Assembly (NCBI GenBank): GCA_964016885.1
Contig: OZ024744.1
Coordinates: forward strand, 101,556,001-101,620,000
Origin: Eledone cirrhosa
Lineage: Eukaryota
Length of the DNA stretch: 64,000 nucleotides
Reading direction: 5' to 3'
Each line of letters starts with the position of its first letter. The stretch's first letter is position 1. The position numbers and the translations under genes were made by a program. Positions 26,364 to 38,406 of this stretch are shown here, one piece after another. Below the pieces are notes generated by a model. The model was given only the letters and a program-made list of their open reading frames with translations, was not told the DNA's origin and searched no databases.

Positions 26364-27181
26364 GAGAAGCTAAATATTATGCTCTTATTAGAAGTTGAAT
26401 ATTAGGGTCTTATGAGCATCTAAACATTATGGTCTTAACAGTAGCTCAATAATATGGTCTTATGAGAAGCTGAATATTATTGTCTTATAGGAAGCTAAAT
26501 ATTATGGTCTTATGAGAAACTAAATATGGTCTTATGAGAAGCTTAATATTATGGTCTTATGAGAAGATAATTATGGTCTTATAGGAAGCTAAATATATAT
26601 GGTCTACTGAGAAGCTAAATATGGTCTCACGAGAAGCTAAATATTTTGGTCTTATGAGAAGGTAAATATTATGGTCTTATGACAAGCTAAATATTATGGT
26701 TTTATGAGATTTTAGCAGAATAGTGTTTCTGATTGCCTCTGCGGACTTCTAGTCTTCATAGAACTGACCTAAATACCAATCTTGTATTCCATTTATACTC
26801 ATGAATGTAAGGCAAAATTGAGAACGAAAACTCATCAGAACATTTATTATTAAAGTATTTATAAAAAATCCAAAGAAATTGGAAATATAAAGGATCAGCC
26901 AACTATTTTCCTCAGTCTGTAACGGAGATTTTGGTGGCTGCCCTATCACTGACAATAAGATTTTTGTCATTTTTGGTGGTCCATCTTATCTTGGCATCAA
27001 TTATTGCTTCTGGTGAGAGTGTTTGGTTATTCTAGTGTCTTAGTCCCGCTACCACCAATGGCAATGGTGCCAGTGTGTTGGCTTGCTTAAAAGATTATTA
27101 AAAGGAAACTCCAGTATCTCTTGTTGTAACATGCAATTGGGTGTCTCTTCTCCCACCTTTTTCTCTCTTATATGTATGTAT

Positions 27182-27340
27182 ATCATCATCATCATCATCA
27201 TTTTACGTCCGCTTTTCCCTGCTTGCAAGGGTGGGATGGTAACTGATTCTGGCTTGATTTCTACAGCTGGATGCCCTACCTAACGCCAACCTCATTTACA
27301 GTGAGTACTGGGTGCTTTTTTGCCGTGGCACCTCCACGAC
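27182..27340 (-). mobile_element. 3' part of a non-autonomous RTE-tailed SINE ending in (GAT)n
   Basis: (atc)n-ttttacgtccgcttttccctgcttgcaagggtggga is shared with the RTE LINE tail at ~27738. The internal ctggatgccctacctaacgccaac motif is the reverse complement of the copy at ~27558-27582. Confidence 0.7.
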
Positions 27341-27471
27341 TACTTTGCAGCTGAGTAAACTGGAGCAATGTGAAATAAAGTGTCTTGCTCAAGGAAACAA
27401 CACATCACCCGGTCTGAGAATTGAACTCACAACTTTTCGATTGCAAGGCCAATGCTCTAACCACTAAGCCA
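27341..27471 (-). mobile_element. tRNA-headed CORE-SINE 5' portion
   Basis: Minus strand shows tggcttagtggttagag (A box), gagttcaattc (B box), then ccttgagcaagacactttatttc, which resembles the CORE domain. Confidence 0.78.
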
Positions 27472-27499
27472 TATATATATATAAATACACAGTCCACGC

Positions 27500-27710
27500 T
27501 GTAATGTGGTCGTGTAGGTAAAACAGTAAAAAGCTTCCAGTCCACACTGTAAATGTGGTTGGTGTTAGGAAGGGCATCCACTCGTAGAAACCTTGTCAGA
27601 TAGTCGTATACAAGTGAGACACGGTCACCCAACTAATCTTGCCTCAAATCGGACAACTCCCGTCAAACCCATGCTAGCGGGCAAGATAGATGTTAAATGA
27701 GGATGATGAT
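27500..27710 (+). mobile_element. Second copy of the RTE-tailed SINE in plus orientation, tail-to-tail with the LINE fragment
   Basis: gtggttggtgttaggaagggcatcc ... acccatgctagc ... gttaaatgaggatgatgat tail. Confidence 0.68.
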
Positions 27711-28170
27711 ATCATCATCATCATCATTATCATCATAATTTTACGTCCGCTTTACCCTGCTTGCAGGGGTGGGATTGGTTCTATTCAGCACAGCATCTCT
27801 CTACTTGTCACGGTCCTTCGTCATCTCCACCGTGAGCTTCAGCGATCTGAGGTCTGCTCTCACCACCTCCGCCCATGTTTTTCGTGGTCTTCCTCTACTA
27901 CGTCTTCCTTCAACTGGCATTTCTTGGCACTTCTTCACCCATCGGTCATCCTCCATGCTCATCACATGCCCATACCATTGCAGTCTCCTCTCCCGCACAC
28001 TACAATTAAACACTCTCAAAACATCCATGCTTGGTCATTCACGCACATTGACATTACACATCAAACGGAGCATGCTTGCCTCATTTCTCTCCAGTCGTCG
28101 CATAACCTCTGCAGTTGCTGCCCATGTCTCACTACCATGCAGCATCGCGCACTTCACACAGGCATCATAT
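27711..28170 (-). mobile_element. RTE-clade LINE, 5'-truncated 3' fragment (RT C-terminal region plus (GAT)n tail)
   Basis: Minus-strand translation gives MLHGSETW...E.SMLR.M...RRLQWYGHV..M...RWVK......GRRSRGRPRKTW...V..DL...DRDK, the classic RTE/BovB-like C-terminus. Confidence 0.9.
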
Positions 28171-28181
28171 GATGATGATGA

Positions 28182-28189
28182 TATATATA

Positions 28190-28274
<85 letters not shown>
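28182..28274. repeat. (TG)n/(TA)n microsatellite, copy 1
   Basis: Read directly from the sequence. Confidence 0.97.
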
Positions 28275-28277
<3 letters not shown>

Positions 28278-28840
28278 AAAGATAAACAGAAGTAACAACA
28301 CAATCGATACAGTATATGGAAGGGATATATTAGGTTAACGCTTGATATAGCAAGAAGAGGGTCTTAACGTTTCTGACGCTAGTCCTTCATCAGAAGAAAG
28401 AATGAGAAATAAGTTAGATTGAGAGGAGGGGCGGGTTGGAATTGGAAAAAAAGTCTTTAGATAAAAATAACAGGTCCATTCATGTTGACATGACATCATA
28501 TAATATTGTGGGAATTACTTGAGGTTTTAGGTCAAGGCTATATGGAAGAGGATGGAGTAAGCCCTGTTACGTAATGGGGTTGTAGTCTCTGCAAGAAATG
28601 ATGGATATTCAATGTCTATTCTTATACAGAAACAGTTTAATTTGACAGCTGCAGTTTGAAAAAGTCTGTCACCCCCCATACTCATTTCAGAGCAGGTTAG
28701 GCGTTGGCAAATATGGATGATGTCTGAGGTAGGGATTATGGAGGATGTTTTAGCTCTAATATAGACATTTAGTTCATGATTGGCTTGGTTTTTATAAATG
28801 TATTTTTTATGAGATTCGAATCTGAGGGTCTTGTCCAATA
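28275..28840 (-). mobile_element. Probable Penelope-like element or retrozyme remnant carrying the hammerhead
   Basis: Unique sequence between (TA)n and satC containing the minimal hammerhead. Association of minimal hammerheads with Penelope-like elements is established knowledge. The 103-aa ORF 28527-28838 has no motif I can recognise. Confidence 0.5.
28362..28397 (-). ncRNA. Minimal type I hammerhead ribozyme (Penelope-type), copy 1
   Basis: Minus strand reads UCUU-CUGAUGA-A-GGAC-UAGC-GUCA-GAAA-CG-U-U-AAGA. The core is intact, stem I is UCUU/AAGA, stem III is the palindromic ACGU and the cleavage triplet is GUU. The stem II closing pair is a G-A mismatch. Confidence 0.82.
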
Positions 28841-31619
28841 GTTGGTTTGTTTATTGTTGGCTTTGCTTATTGTTGGCTTTGCTTATTGTTGGTTTGTTTA
28901 TTGTTGGTTTGTTTATTGTTGGCTTTGTTTATTGTTGGCTTTGCTTATTGTTGGTTTGTTTATTGTTGGTTTGTTTATTGTTGGTTTGTTTATTGTTGGT
29001 TTGTTTATTGTTGGCTTTGTTTATTGTTGGTTTGTTTATTGTTGGTTTGTTTATTGTTGGTTTCTTTATTGTTGGTTTGTTTATTGTTGGCTTTGTTTAT
29101 TGTTGGTTTGTTTATTGTTGGCTTTGTTTATTGTTGGTTTGTTTATTGTTGGCTTTGTTTATTGTTGGTGTGTTTATTATTGGCTTTGTTTATTGTTGGT
29201 TTGTTTATTGTTGACTTTGTTTATTGTTGGTTTGTTTATTGTTGGTCTGTTTATTGTTCGTTTGTTTATTATTGGTTTGTTTATTGTTGGTTTGTTTATT
29301 GTTGGTTTGTTTATTTGTGGCTTTGTTTATTGTTGTTTTGTTTATTGTTGGCTTTGTTTATTCTTGGTTTGTTTATTATTTGCTTTAATTATTGTTGGTT
29401 TGTTTATTGTTGGCTTTGCTTATTGTTGGCTTTGTTTATTGTTGGTTTGTTTATTGTTGGTTTGTTTATTGTTGGCTTTGTTTATTGTTGGCTTTGCTTA
29501 TTGTTGGTTTGTTCATTGTTGGTTTGTTTATTGTTGGTTTGTTTATTGTTGGTTTGTTTATTGTTGGCTTTGTTTATTGTTGGTTTGTTTATTGTTGGTT
29601 TGTTTATTGTTGGTTTCTTTATTGTTGGTTTGTTTATTGTTGGGTTGTTTATTGTTGGTTTGTTTATTGTTGGCTTTGTTTATTGTTGGTTTGTTTATTG
29701 TTGGCTTTGTTTATTGTTGGTGTGTTTATTATTGGCTTTGTTTATTGTTGGTTTGTTTATTGTTGACTTTGTTTATTGTTGGTTTGTTTATTGTTGGTTT
29801 GTTTATTGTTCGTTTGTTTATTATTGGTTTGTTTATTGTTGGTTTGTTTATTGTTGGTTTGTTTATTTGTGGCTTTGTTTATTGTTGTTTTGTTTATTGT
29901 TGGCTTTGTTTATTCTTGGTTTGTTTATTATTTGCTTTAATTATTGTTGGTTTGTTTATTGTTGGTTTGTTTATTGTTGGCTTTGTTTATTGTTGCTTTC
30001 TTTATTGTTGGCTTTGTTTATTGTTGGTTTGTTTATTGTTGGTTTGTTTATTGTTTGTTTGTTTATTGTTGGTTTATTTATTGTTGGCTTTGTTTATTGT
30101 TGCTTTCTTTATTGTTGGCTTTGTTTATTGTTGGCTTTGTTTATTGTTGGTTTGTTTATTGTGGGCTTTGTTTATTGTTGGTTTGTTTATTGCTGGCTTT
30201 GTTTATTGTTGGTTTGTTTGTTGTTGGTTTGTTTATTGTTGGCTTTGTTTATTGTTGGTTTGATTATTGGTGGCTTTGTTTATTGTTGGTTTGTTTGTTG
30301 GTGGCTTTGTTTATTGTTGTTTTGTTTATTGTTGTCTTTGTTTATTGTTGGTTTGTTTATTGTTGGCTTTGTTTATGGTTGGCTTTGTTTATTGTTGGTT
30401 TGTTTATTGTTGGCTTTGTTTATTGTCGGTTTGTATATTGTTGGTTTGTTTATTGTTGGTTTGTTTATTGTTGGTTTGTTTATTGTTGGTTTGTTTATTG
30501 TTGGCTTGGTTTATTCTTGTTATTTTTATTATTTGCTTTAATTATTGTTGGTTTCTTTATTGTTCGTTTTGTTTATTGTTGGTTTGTTTATCGTTAGCTT
30601 TGTTTAATGTTGGTTTATTTATTGTTGGCTTTGATTATTGTTGGTTTCTTTATTGTTGGCTTTTTTCGTTGCTGGTTTGTTTATTGTTGGCTTTGTTTAT
30701 TGTTGTCAGTCTAATACTTTACTGTCTATAGTTAGTCTAATACTTTACAGTCTATAGTTAGTCTAATACTTTACAGTTTATAGTTAGTCTAATACTTTAG
30801 TGTCTATAGTTAGTCTAATACTTTACAGTCTATAGTTAGTCTAATACTTTACTGTCTTATGAGAAGCTAAATATTATTTGTTTATTGTTGGTTTCTTTAT
30901 TGTTGGCTTTGTTTATTGTTGGTTTGTTTATTATTGGCTTTGTTTATTGTTGGTTTGTTTGTTAGTGGCTTTATTTATTGGTGGTTTGTTTATTGTTGGC
31001 TTTTCTTATTGTTGGTTTGTTTATTGTTGGTTTTGATTATTGCTGCTTTGTTTATTGTTGGCTTTGTTTATTGTTGCTTTGTTTAGTGTTGGCTTTATTT
31101 ATTGTTGGTTTGTTTATTGATGGCTTTGTTTATTGTTGGTTTGTTTATTGTTGGTTTTTTTTATTGTTGGCTTTGTTTATTGTTGGTTGGTTTATTGTTG
31201 GCTTTGTTTATTGTTGGTTTGTTTATTGTTGGCTTTGTTTATTGTTGGTTTGTTTATTGTTGGCTTTGTTTATTGTTGGTTTTTTTTGTTGGTTTGTTTA
31301 TTATTAGCTTTGTTTATTGTTGGTTTGTTTATTGTTGGTTTGTTTATTGTTGGTTTGTTTATTCTTGGCTTTGTTTATTCTTGGTTCTTTTATTGTTGGC
31401 TTTGTTTATTGTTGGTTTCTTTATTGTTGGTTTTGTTTATTGTTGGTTTGTTTATCGTTAGCTTTGTTTAATGTTGGTTTATTTATTGTTGGTTTTGTTT
31501 ATTGTTGGTTTCTTTATTGTTGGCTTTGTTTATTGTTGGCGTTGTTTATTGTTGGTTTGTTTATTATTGGTTTTTTTTATTGCTTGTTTGTTTATTGTTG
31601 GCTTTATTTATTGTTGTCA
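28841..31619. repeat. Satellite C block 1 (15-bp TTGTTGGTTTGTTTA and 16-bp TTGTTGGCTTTGTTTA monomers), with a 552-bp internal duplication and an embedded cassette at 30705-30877
   Basis: Read directly. The landmark tttgctttaattattg recurs at ~29381 and ~29933. Confidence 0.95.
30705..30877 (+). repeat. 173-bp satA(x6)+satB(x1) junction cassette embedded in satC; further copies at 35154, 48088, 53847, 56717 (95 bp), 58483, 60396, 62309 and 63331
   Basis: Each copy starts with gtcagtctaatact and ends with gtcttatgagaagctaaatattat. Most share the diagnostic variants acagtttata and (t/a)tagtgtct with 24805-25029. Confidence 0.95.
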
Positions 31620-32844
31620 GTCAGTCTAATACTTTACTGTCTATAGTTAGTCTAATACTTTTCAGTCTATAGTTAGTCTAATACTTTACAGTTTATAGTT
31701 AGTCTAATACTTTAGTGTCTATAGTTAGTCTTATACTTTACAGTCTATAGTTAGTCTAATACTTTACTGTCTTATGAGAAGATAAATATTATGGGCTTAT
31801 GAGAAGCTAAGTATTATGGGCTTATGACAAGCTAAATATGACCTTATGAGATGCTAAATATGGTCTTATGAGAAGATAAATATTGTGGTCTTATGAGAAG
31901 ATAAATATGGTTTTTATGAGAAGCTAAATATTATGGTCTTATGAAAACTTAAATACTTATGAGAAGTTAAATATTATGGTCTTATGAGAAGCTAAATATG
32001 GTCTTATGTAAATTTAGATATTATGGTCTTATGAGAAGTTAAATCCAACCTTATGAGAAACTAAACATTATGGTCTCAGAAGCTAAATATTATGCCTATA
32101 TTAGAAGTTAAATATGGTCTTATGTGAAGCTAAATATTGTGTCATTATGAATGGCTAAATCCGGTCTTATGAGAAGTTAAAAATTTTAGTCTTATGAGAA
32201 GTTGAAAATTGTGGTCTTATGAGAAGTTAAACATTATTGTCTTATATGAAGCTAATTATAGTCTTATGCAGAACTAAATATGGTTTTATTAGAAGCTAGA
32301 TAATACGGTCTTATGAGAAGCTAAATATTATGCTCATTTTACGTCCGCTTTTTCCTGCTTGCAAGGGTGGGATGGTAACTGATTCTGGCTTGATTTCTAC
32401 AGCTGGATGCCCTAACTAACGCCAACCTCATTTACAGTGAGTACTGTGTGCCTTTTTGCCGTGGCACCTCCACGACCACTTTACAGATGAGTAAACTGGA
32501 GCAATGTGAAATAAAGTGTCTTGCTCAAGGAAACAACACATCACCCGGTCTGAGAATTGAACTCACAACTTTTCGATTGCAAGGCAAATGCTCTAACCAC
32601 TAAGCCATATATATATAAATACACAGTCCACGCTGTAATGTGGTCGTGTAGGTAAAACGGTAAAAAGCTTCCAGTCCACACTGTAAATGTGGTTGGTGTT
32701 AGGAAGGGCATCCACTCGTAGAAAACTTGCCAGATAGTCGTATACAAGTGAGACACGGTCACCCAACTAATCTTGCCTCAAATCGGACAACTCCCGTCTA
32801 ACCCATGCTAGCGGGCAAGATAGACGTTAAATGAGGATGATGAT

Positions 32845-33300
32845 ATCATCATCATCATTATCATCATAATTTTACGTCCGCTTTACCCTGCTTGCAGGGG
32901 TGGGATTGGTTCTATTAAGCACAGCATCTCTCCACTTGTCACGGTGCTTCGTCATCTCCACCGTGAGCTTCAGCGACCTGAGGTCTGCTCTCACCACCTC
33001 CGCCCATGTTTTTCGTGGTCTTCCTCTACTACGTCTTCCTTCAACTGGCATTTCTTGGCACTTCTTCACCCATCGGTCATCCTCCATGCTCATCACATGT
33101 CCATACCATTGCAGTCTCCTCTCCCGCACACTACAATTAAACCCTCTCAAAACATCCATGCTGGGTCATTCACGCACATTGACATTAGACATCAAACGGA
33201 GCATGCTTGCCTCATTTCTCTCCAGTCGTCGCATATCCTCTGCAGTTGCTGCCCATGTCTCACTACCATGCAGCATCGCGCACTTCACACAGGCATCATA
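32845..33300 (-). mobile_element. RTE LINE 3' fragment, copy 2
   Basis: Track ORFs 32872-33159 and 33166-33489 contain LHGSETW, RRLQWYGHV and GRPRKTW. Confidence 0.9.
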
Positions 33301-33325
33301 TGATGATGATGATGATATATTTATA

Positions 33326-33457
<132 letters not shown>

Positions 33458-33547
33458 TATGTAAAAGATAAACAGAAATAACAACACAATCGATACAGTA
33501 TATGGAAGGGATATATTAGGTTAACGCTTGATATAGCAAGAAGAGGG

Positions 33548-33583
33548 TCTTAACGTTTCTAACGCTAGTCCTTCATCAGAAGA
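33548..33583 (-). ncRNA. Minimal hammerhead ribozyme, copy 2
   Basis: Minus strand reads UCUU-CUGAUGA-AGGACUAGCGUUA-GAAACGUU-AAGA. Stem II carries an extra G-U wobble relative to copy 1. Confidence 0.78.
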
Positions 33584-36500
33584 AAGAATGAGAAATAAGT
33601 TAGATTGAGAGGAGGGGCGGGTTGGAATTGGAAAAAAAAAATCTTTAGATAAAAATAACAGGTCCATTCATGTTGACATGACATCATATAATATTGTGGG
33701 AATTACTTGAGGTTTTAGGTCAAGGCTATATGGAAGAGGATGGAGTAAGCCCTGTTACGTAATGGGGTTGTAGTCGCTGCAGGAAATGATGGATATTCAA
33801 TGTCTATTCTTATACAGAAACTGTTTAATTTGACAGCTGCAGTTTGAAAAAGTCTGTCACCCCCCATACTCATTTCAGAGCAGGTTAGGCGTTGGTAAAT
33901 ATGGATGATGTCTGAGGTAGGGATTATGGAGGATGTTTTAGCTCTAATATAGACATTTAGTTCATGATTGGCTTGGTTTTTATAAATGTATTTTTTATGA
34001 GATTCGAATCTGAGGGTCTTGTCCAATAGTTGGTTTGTTTATTGTTGGCTTTGCTTATTGTTGGCTTGTTTATTGTTGGTTGGTTTATTGTTGGTTTGTT
34101 TATTGTTGGCTTTGCTTATTGTTGGTTTGTTTATTGTTGGTTTGTTTATTGTTGGTTTTGTTTATTGTTGGTTTGTTTATTGTTGGCTTTGTTTATTGTG
34201 GGTTTGTTTATTGTTGGTTTGTTTATTGTTGGCTTGTTTATTGTTGGTTTGTTTATTGTTCGTTTGTTTATTATTGGTTTGTTTATTGTTGGTTTGTTTA
34301 TTTGTGGCTTTGTTTATTGTTGTTTTGTTTATTGTTGGCTTTGTTTATTCTTGGTTTGTTTATTATTTGCTTTAATTATTGTTGGTTTGTTTATTGTTGG
34401 TTTGTTTATTGTTGGCTTTGTTTATTGTTGCTTTCTTTATTGTTGGCTTTGTTTATTGTTGGTTTGTTTATTGTTGGTTTGTTTATTGTTTGTTTGTTTA
34501 TTGTTGGTTTATTTATTGTTGGCTTTGTTTATTGTTGGTTTGTTTATTGTTGGCTTTGTTTATTGTTGGTTTGTTTATTGTGGGCTTTGTTTATTGTTGG
34601 TTTGTTTATTGCTGGCTTTGTTTATTGTTGGTTTGTTTGTTGTTGGTTTGTTTATTGTTGACTTTGTTTATTGTTGGTTTGATTATTGGTGGCTTTGTTT
34701 ATTGTTGGTTTGTTTGTTGGTGGCTTTGTTTATTGTTGTTTTGTTTATTGTTGTCTTTGTTTATTGTTGTATTGTTTATTGTTGGTTTGTTTATTGTTGG
34801 TTTGTTTATTGTTGGCTTTGTTTATGGTTGGCTTTGTTTATTGTTGGTTTGTTTATTGTTGGCTTTGTTTATTGTCGGTTTGTATATTGTTGGTTTGTTT
34901 ATTGTTGGTTTGTTTATTGTTGGTTTGTTTATTGTTGGTTTGTTTATTGTTGGCTTGGTTTATTCTTGTTTTTTTTATTATTTGCTTTAATTATTGTTGG
35001 TTTCTTTATTGTTCGTTTTGTTTATTGTTGGTTTGTTTATCGTTAGCTTTGTTTAATGTTGGTTTATTTATTGTTGGCTTTGATTATTGTTGGTTTCTTT
35101 ATTGTTGGCTTTTTTCGTTGCTGGTTTGTTTATTGTTGGCTTTGTTTATTGTTGTCAGTCTAATACTTTACTGTCTATAGTTAGTCTAATACTTTACAGT
35201 CTATAGTTAGTCTAATACTTTACAGTTTATAGTTAGTCTAATACTTTAGTGTCTATAGTTAGTCTAATACTTTACAGTCTATAGTTAGTCTAATACTTTA
35301 CTGTCTTATGAGAAGCTAAATATTATTTGTTTATTGTTGGTTTCTTTATTGTTGGCTTTGTTTATTGTTGGTTTGTTTATTATTGGCTTTGTTTATTGTT
35401 GGTTTGTTTGTTAGTGGCTTTATTTATTGGTGGTTTGTTTATTGTTGGCTTTTCTTATTGTTGGTTTGTTTATTGTTGGTTTCGATTATTGCTGCTTTGT
35501 TTATTGTTGACTTTGTTTATTGTTGCTTTGTTTATTGTTGGCTTTATTTATTGTTGGTTTGTTTATTGATGGCTTTGTTTATTGTTGGTTTGTTTATTGT
35601 TGGTTTTTTTTATTGTTGGCTTTGTTTATTGTTGGTTGGTTTATTGTTGGCTTTGTTTATTGTTGGTTTGTTTATTGTTGGCTTTGTTTATTGTTGGTTT
35701 GTTTATTGTTGGCTTTGTTTATTGTTGTTTTTTTTTGTTGGTTTGTTTATTATTGGCTTTGTTTATTGTTGGTTTGTTTATTGTTGGTTTGTTTATTGTT
35801 GGTTTGTTTATTCTTGGCTTTGTTTATTCTTGGTTCTTTTATTGTTGGCTTTGTTTATTGTTGGTTTCTTTATTGTTGGTTTTGTTTATTGTTGGTTTGT
35901 TTATCGTTAGCTTTGTTTAATGTTGGTTTATTTATTGTTGGTTTTGTTTATTGTTGGTTTCTTTATTGTTGGCTTTGTTTATTGTTGGCGTTGTTTATTG
36001 TTGGTTTGTTTATTATTGGTTTTTTTTATTGCTTGTTTGTTTATTCTTGGCTTTATTTATTGTTGTCAGTCAGTCTAATACTTTACTGTCTATAGTTAGT
36101 CTAATACTTTTCAGTCTATAGTTAGTCTAATACTTTACAGTTTATAGTTAGTCTAATACTTTAGTGTCTATAGTTAGTCTTATACTTTACAGTCTATAGT
36201 TAGTCTAATACTTTACTGTCTTATGAGAAGATAAATATTATGGGCTTATGAGAAGCTAAGTATTATGGGCTTATGACAAGCTAAATATGACCTTATGAGA
36301 TGCTAAATATGGTCTTATGAGAAGATAAATATTGTGGTCTTATGAGAAGATAAATATGGTTTTTATGATAAGCTAAATATTATGGTCTTATGAAAACTTA
36401 AATACTTATGAGAAGTTAAATATTATGGTCTTATGAGAAGCTAAATATGGTCTTATGTAAATTTAGATTTTATGGTCTTATGAGAAGTTAAATCCAACCT

Positions 36501-37293
36501 TATGAGAAACTAAACATTATGGTCTCAGAAGCTAAATATTATGCCTATATTAGAAGTTAAATATGGTCTTATGTGAAGCTAAATATTGTGTCATTATGAA
36601 TGGCTAAATCCGGTCTTATGAGAAGTTAAAAATTTTAGTCTTATGAGAAGTTGAAAATTGTGGTCTTATGAGAAGTTAAACATTATTGTCTTTTATGAAG
36701 CTAATTATAGTCTTATGCAGAACTAAATATGGTTTTATTAGAAGCTAGATAATACGGTCTTATGAGAAGCTAAATATTATGCTCATTTTACGTCCGCTTT
36801 TTCCTGCTTGCAAGGGTGGGATGGTAACTGATTCTGGCTTGATTTCTACAGCTGGATGCCCTAACTAACGCCAACCTCATTTACAGTGAGTACTGGGTGC
36901 TTTTTTGCCGTGGCACCTCCACGACCACTTTACAGATGAGTAAACTGGAGCAATGTGAAATAAAGTGTCTTGCTCAAGGAAACAACACATCACCCGGTCT
37001 GAGAATTGAACTCACAACTTTTCGATTGCAAGGCAAATGCTCTAACCACTAAGCCATATATATATAAATACACAGTCCACGCTGTAATGTGGTCGTGTAG
37101 GTAAAACGGTAAAAAGCTTCCAGTCCACACTGTAAATGTGGTTGGTGTTAGGAAGGGCATCCACTCGTAGAAAACTTGCCAGATAGTCGTATACAAGTGA
37201 GACACGGTCACCCAACTAATCTTGCCTCAAATCGGACAACTCCCGTCTAACCCATGCTAGCGGGCAAGATAGACGTTAAATGAGGATGATGAT

Positions 37294-37750
37294 ATCATCA
37301 TCATCATTATCATCATAATTTTACGTCCGCTTTACCCTGCTTGCAGGGGTGGGATTGGTTCTATTAAGCACAGCATCTCTCCACTTGTCACGGTGCTTCG
37401 TCATCTCCACCGTGAGCTTCAGCGACCTGAGGTCTGCTCTCACCACCTCCGCCCATGTTTTTCGTGGTCTTCCTCTACTACGTCTTCCTTCAACTGGCAT
37501 TTCTTGGCAGTTCTTCACCCATCGGTCATCCTCCATGCTCATCACATCTCCATACCATTGCAGTCTCCTCTCCCGCACACTACAATTAAACCCTCTCAAA
37601 ACATCCATGCTGGATCATTCACGCACATTGACATTAGACATCAAACGGAGCATGCTTGCCTCATTTCTCTCCAGTCGTCGCATATCCTCTGCAGTTGCTG
37701 CCCATGTCTCACTACCATGCAGCATCGCGCACTTCACACAGGCATCATAT
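37294..37750 (-). mobile_element. RTE LINE 3' fragment, copy 3
   Basis: Track ORFs 37321-37608 and 37615-37866. Confidence 0.9.
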
Positions 37751-37774
37751 GATGATGATGATGATATATTTATA

Positions 37775-37836
<62 letters not shown>

Positions 37837-37926
37837 TATGTAAAAGATAAACAGAAATAACAACACAATCGATACAGTATATGGAAGGGATATATTAGGT
37901 TAACGCTTGATATAGCAAGAAGAGGG

Positions 37927-37962
37927 TCTTAACGTTTCTAACGCTAGTCCTTCATCAGAAGA
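37927..37962 (-). ncRNA. Minimal hammerhead ribozyme, copy 3
   Basis: Identical to copy 2. Confidence 0.78.
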
Positions 37963-38406
37963 AAGAATGAGAAATAAGTTAGATTGAGAGGAGGGGCGGG
38001 TTGGAATTGGAAAAAAAAATCTTTAGATAAAAATAACAGGTCCATTCATGTTGACATGACATCATATAATATTGTGGGAATTACTTGAGGTTTTAGGTCA
38101 AGGCTATATGGAAGAGGATGGAGTAAGCCCTGTTACGTAATGGGGTTGTAGTCGCTGCAGGAAATGATGGATATTCAATGTCTATTCTTATACAGAAACT
38201 GTTTAATTTGACAGCTGCAGTTTGAAAAAGTCTGTCACCCCCCATACTCATTTCAGAGCAGGTTAGGCGTTGGCAAATATGGATGATGTCTGAGGTAGGG
38301 ATTATGGAGGATGTTTTAGCTCTAATATAGACATTTAGTTCATGATTGGCTTGGTTTTTATAAATGTATTTTTTATGAGATTCGAATCTGAGGGTCTTGT
38401 CCAATA

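Larger units (their letters stand above)
25006..26710. repeat. Satellite B, 22/25-bp monomer GGTCTTATGAGAAGCTAAATAT(TAT), interrupted by a solo LTR and a SINE
   Basis: Repeated cttatgagaagctaaatat units in blocks 25006-25263, 25643-26190 and 26364-26710. Confidence 0.93.

Noticed and set aside
26825-26840. CTGATGAG on the minus strand, a possible second hammerhead
   Set aside because: There is no downstream GAAA core or compatible stems.
27405-27471. tRNA-like sequence with A and B boxes (also 26280-26363, ~32540-32607 and ~36990-37056)
   Set aside because: These are SINE heads followed by SINE body domains, with no convincing full cloverleaf.
28527-28838. 103-aa minus-strand ORF conserved in three copies (also 33715 and 38093)
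   Set aside because: It has a TTG start at the satellite edge and no recognisable domain, and its conservation is explained by recent duplication. At most it is a TE fragment.
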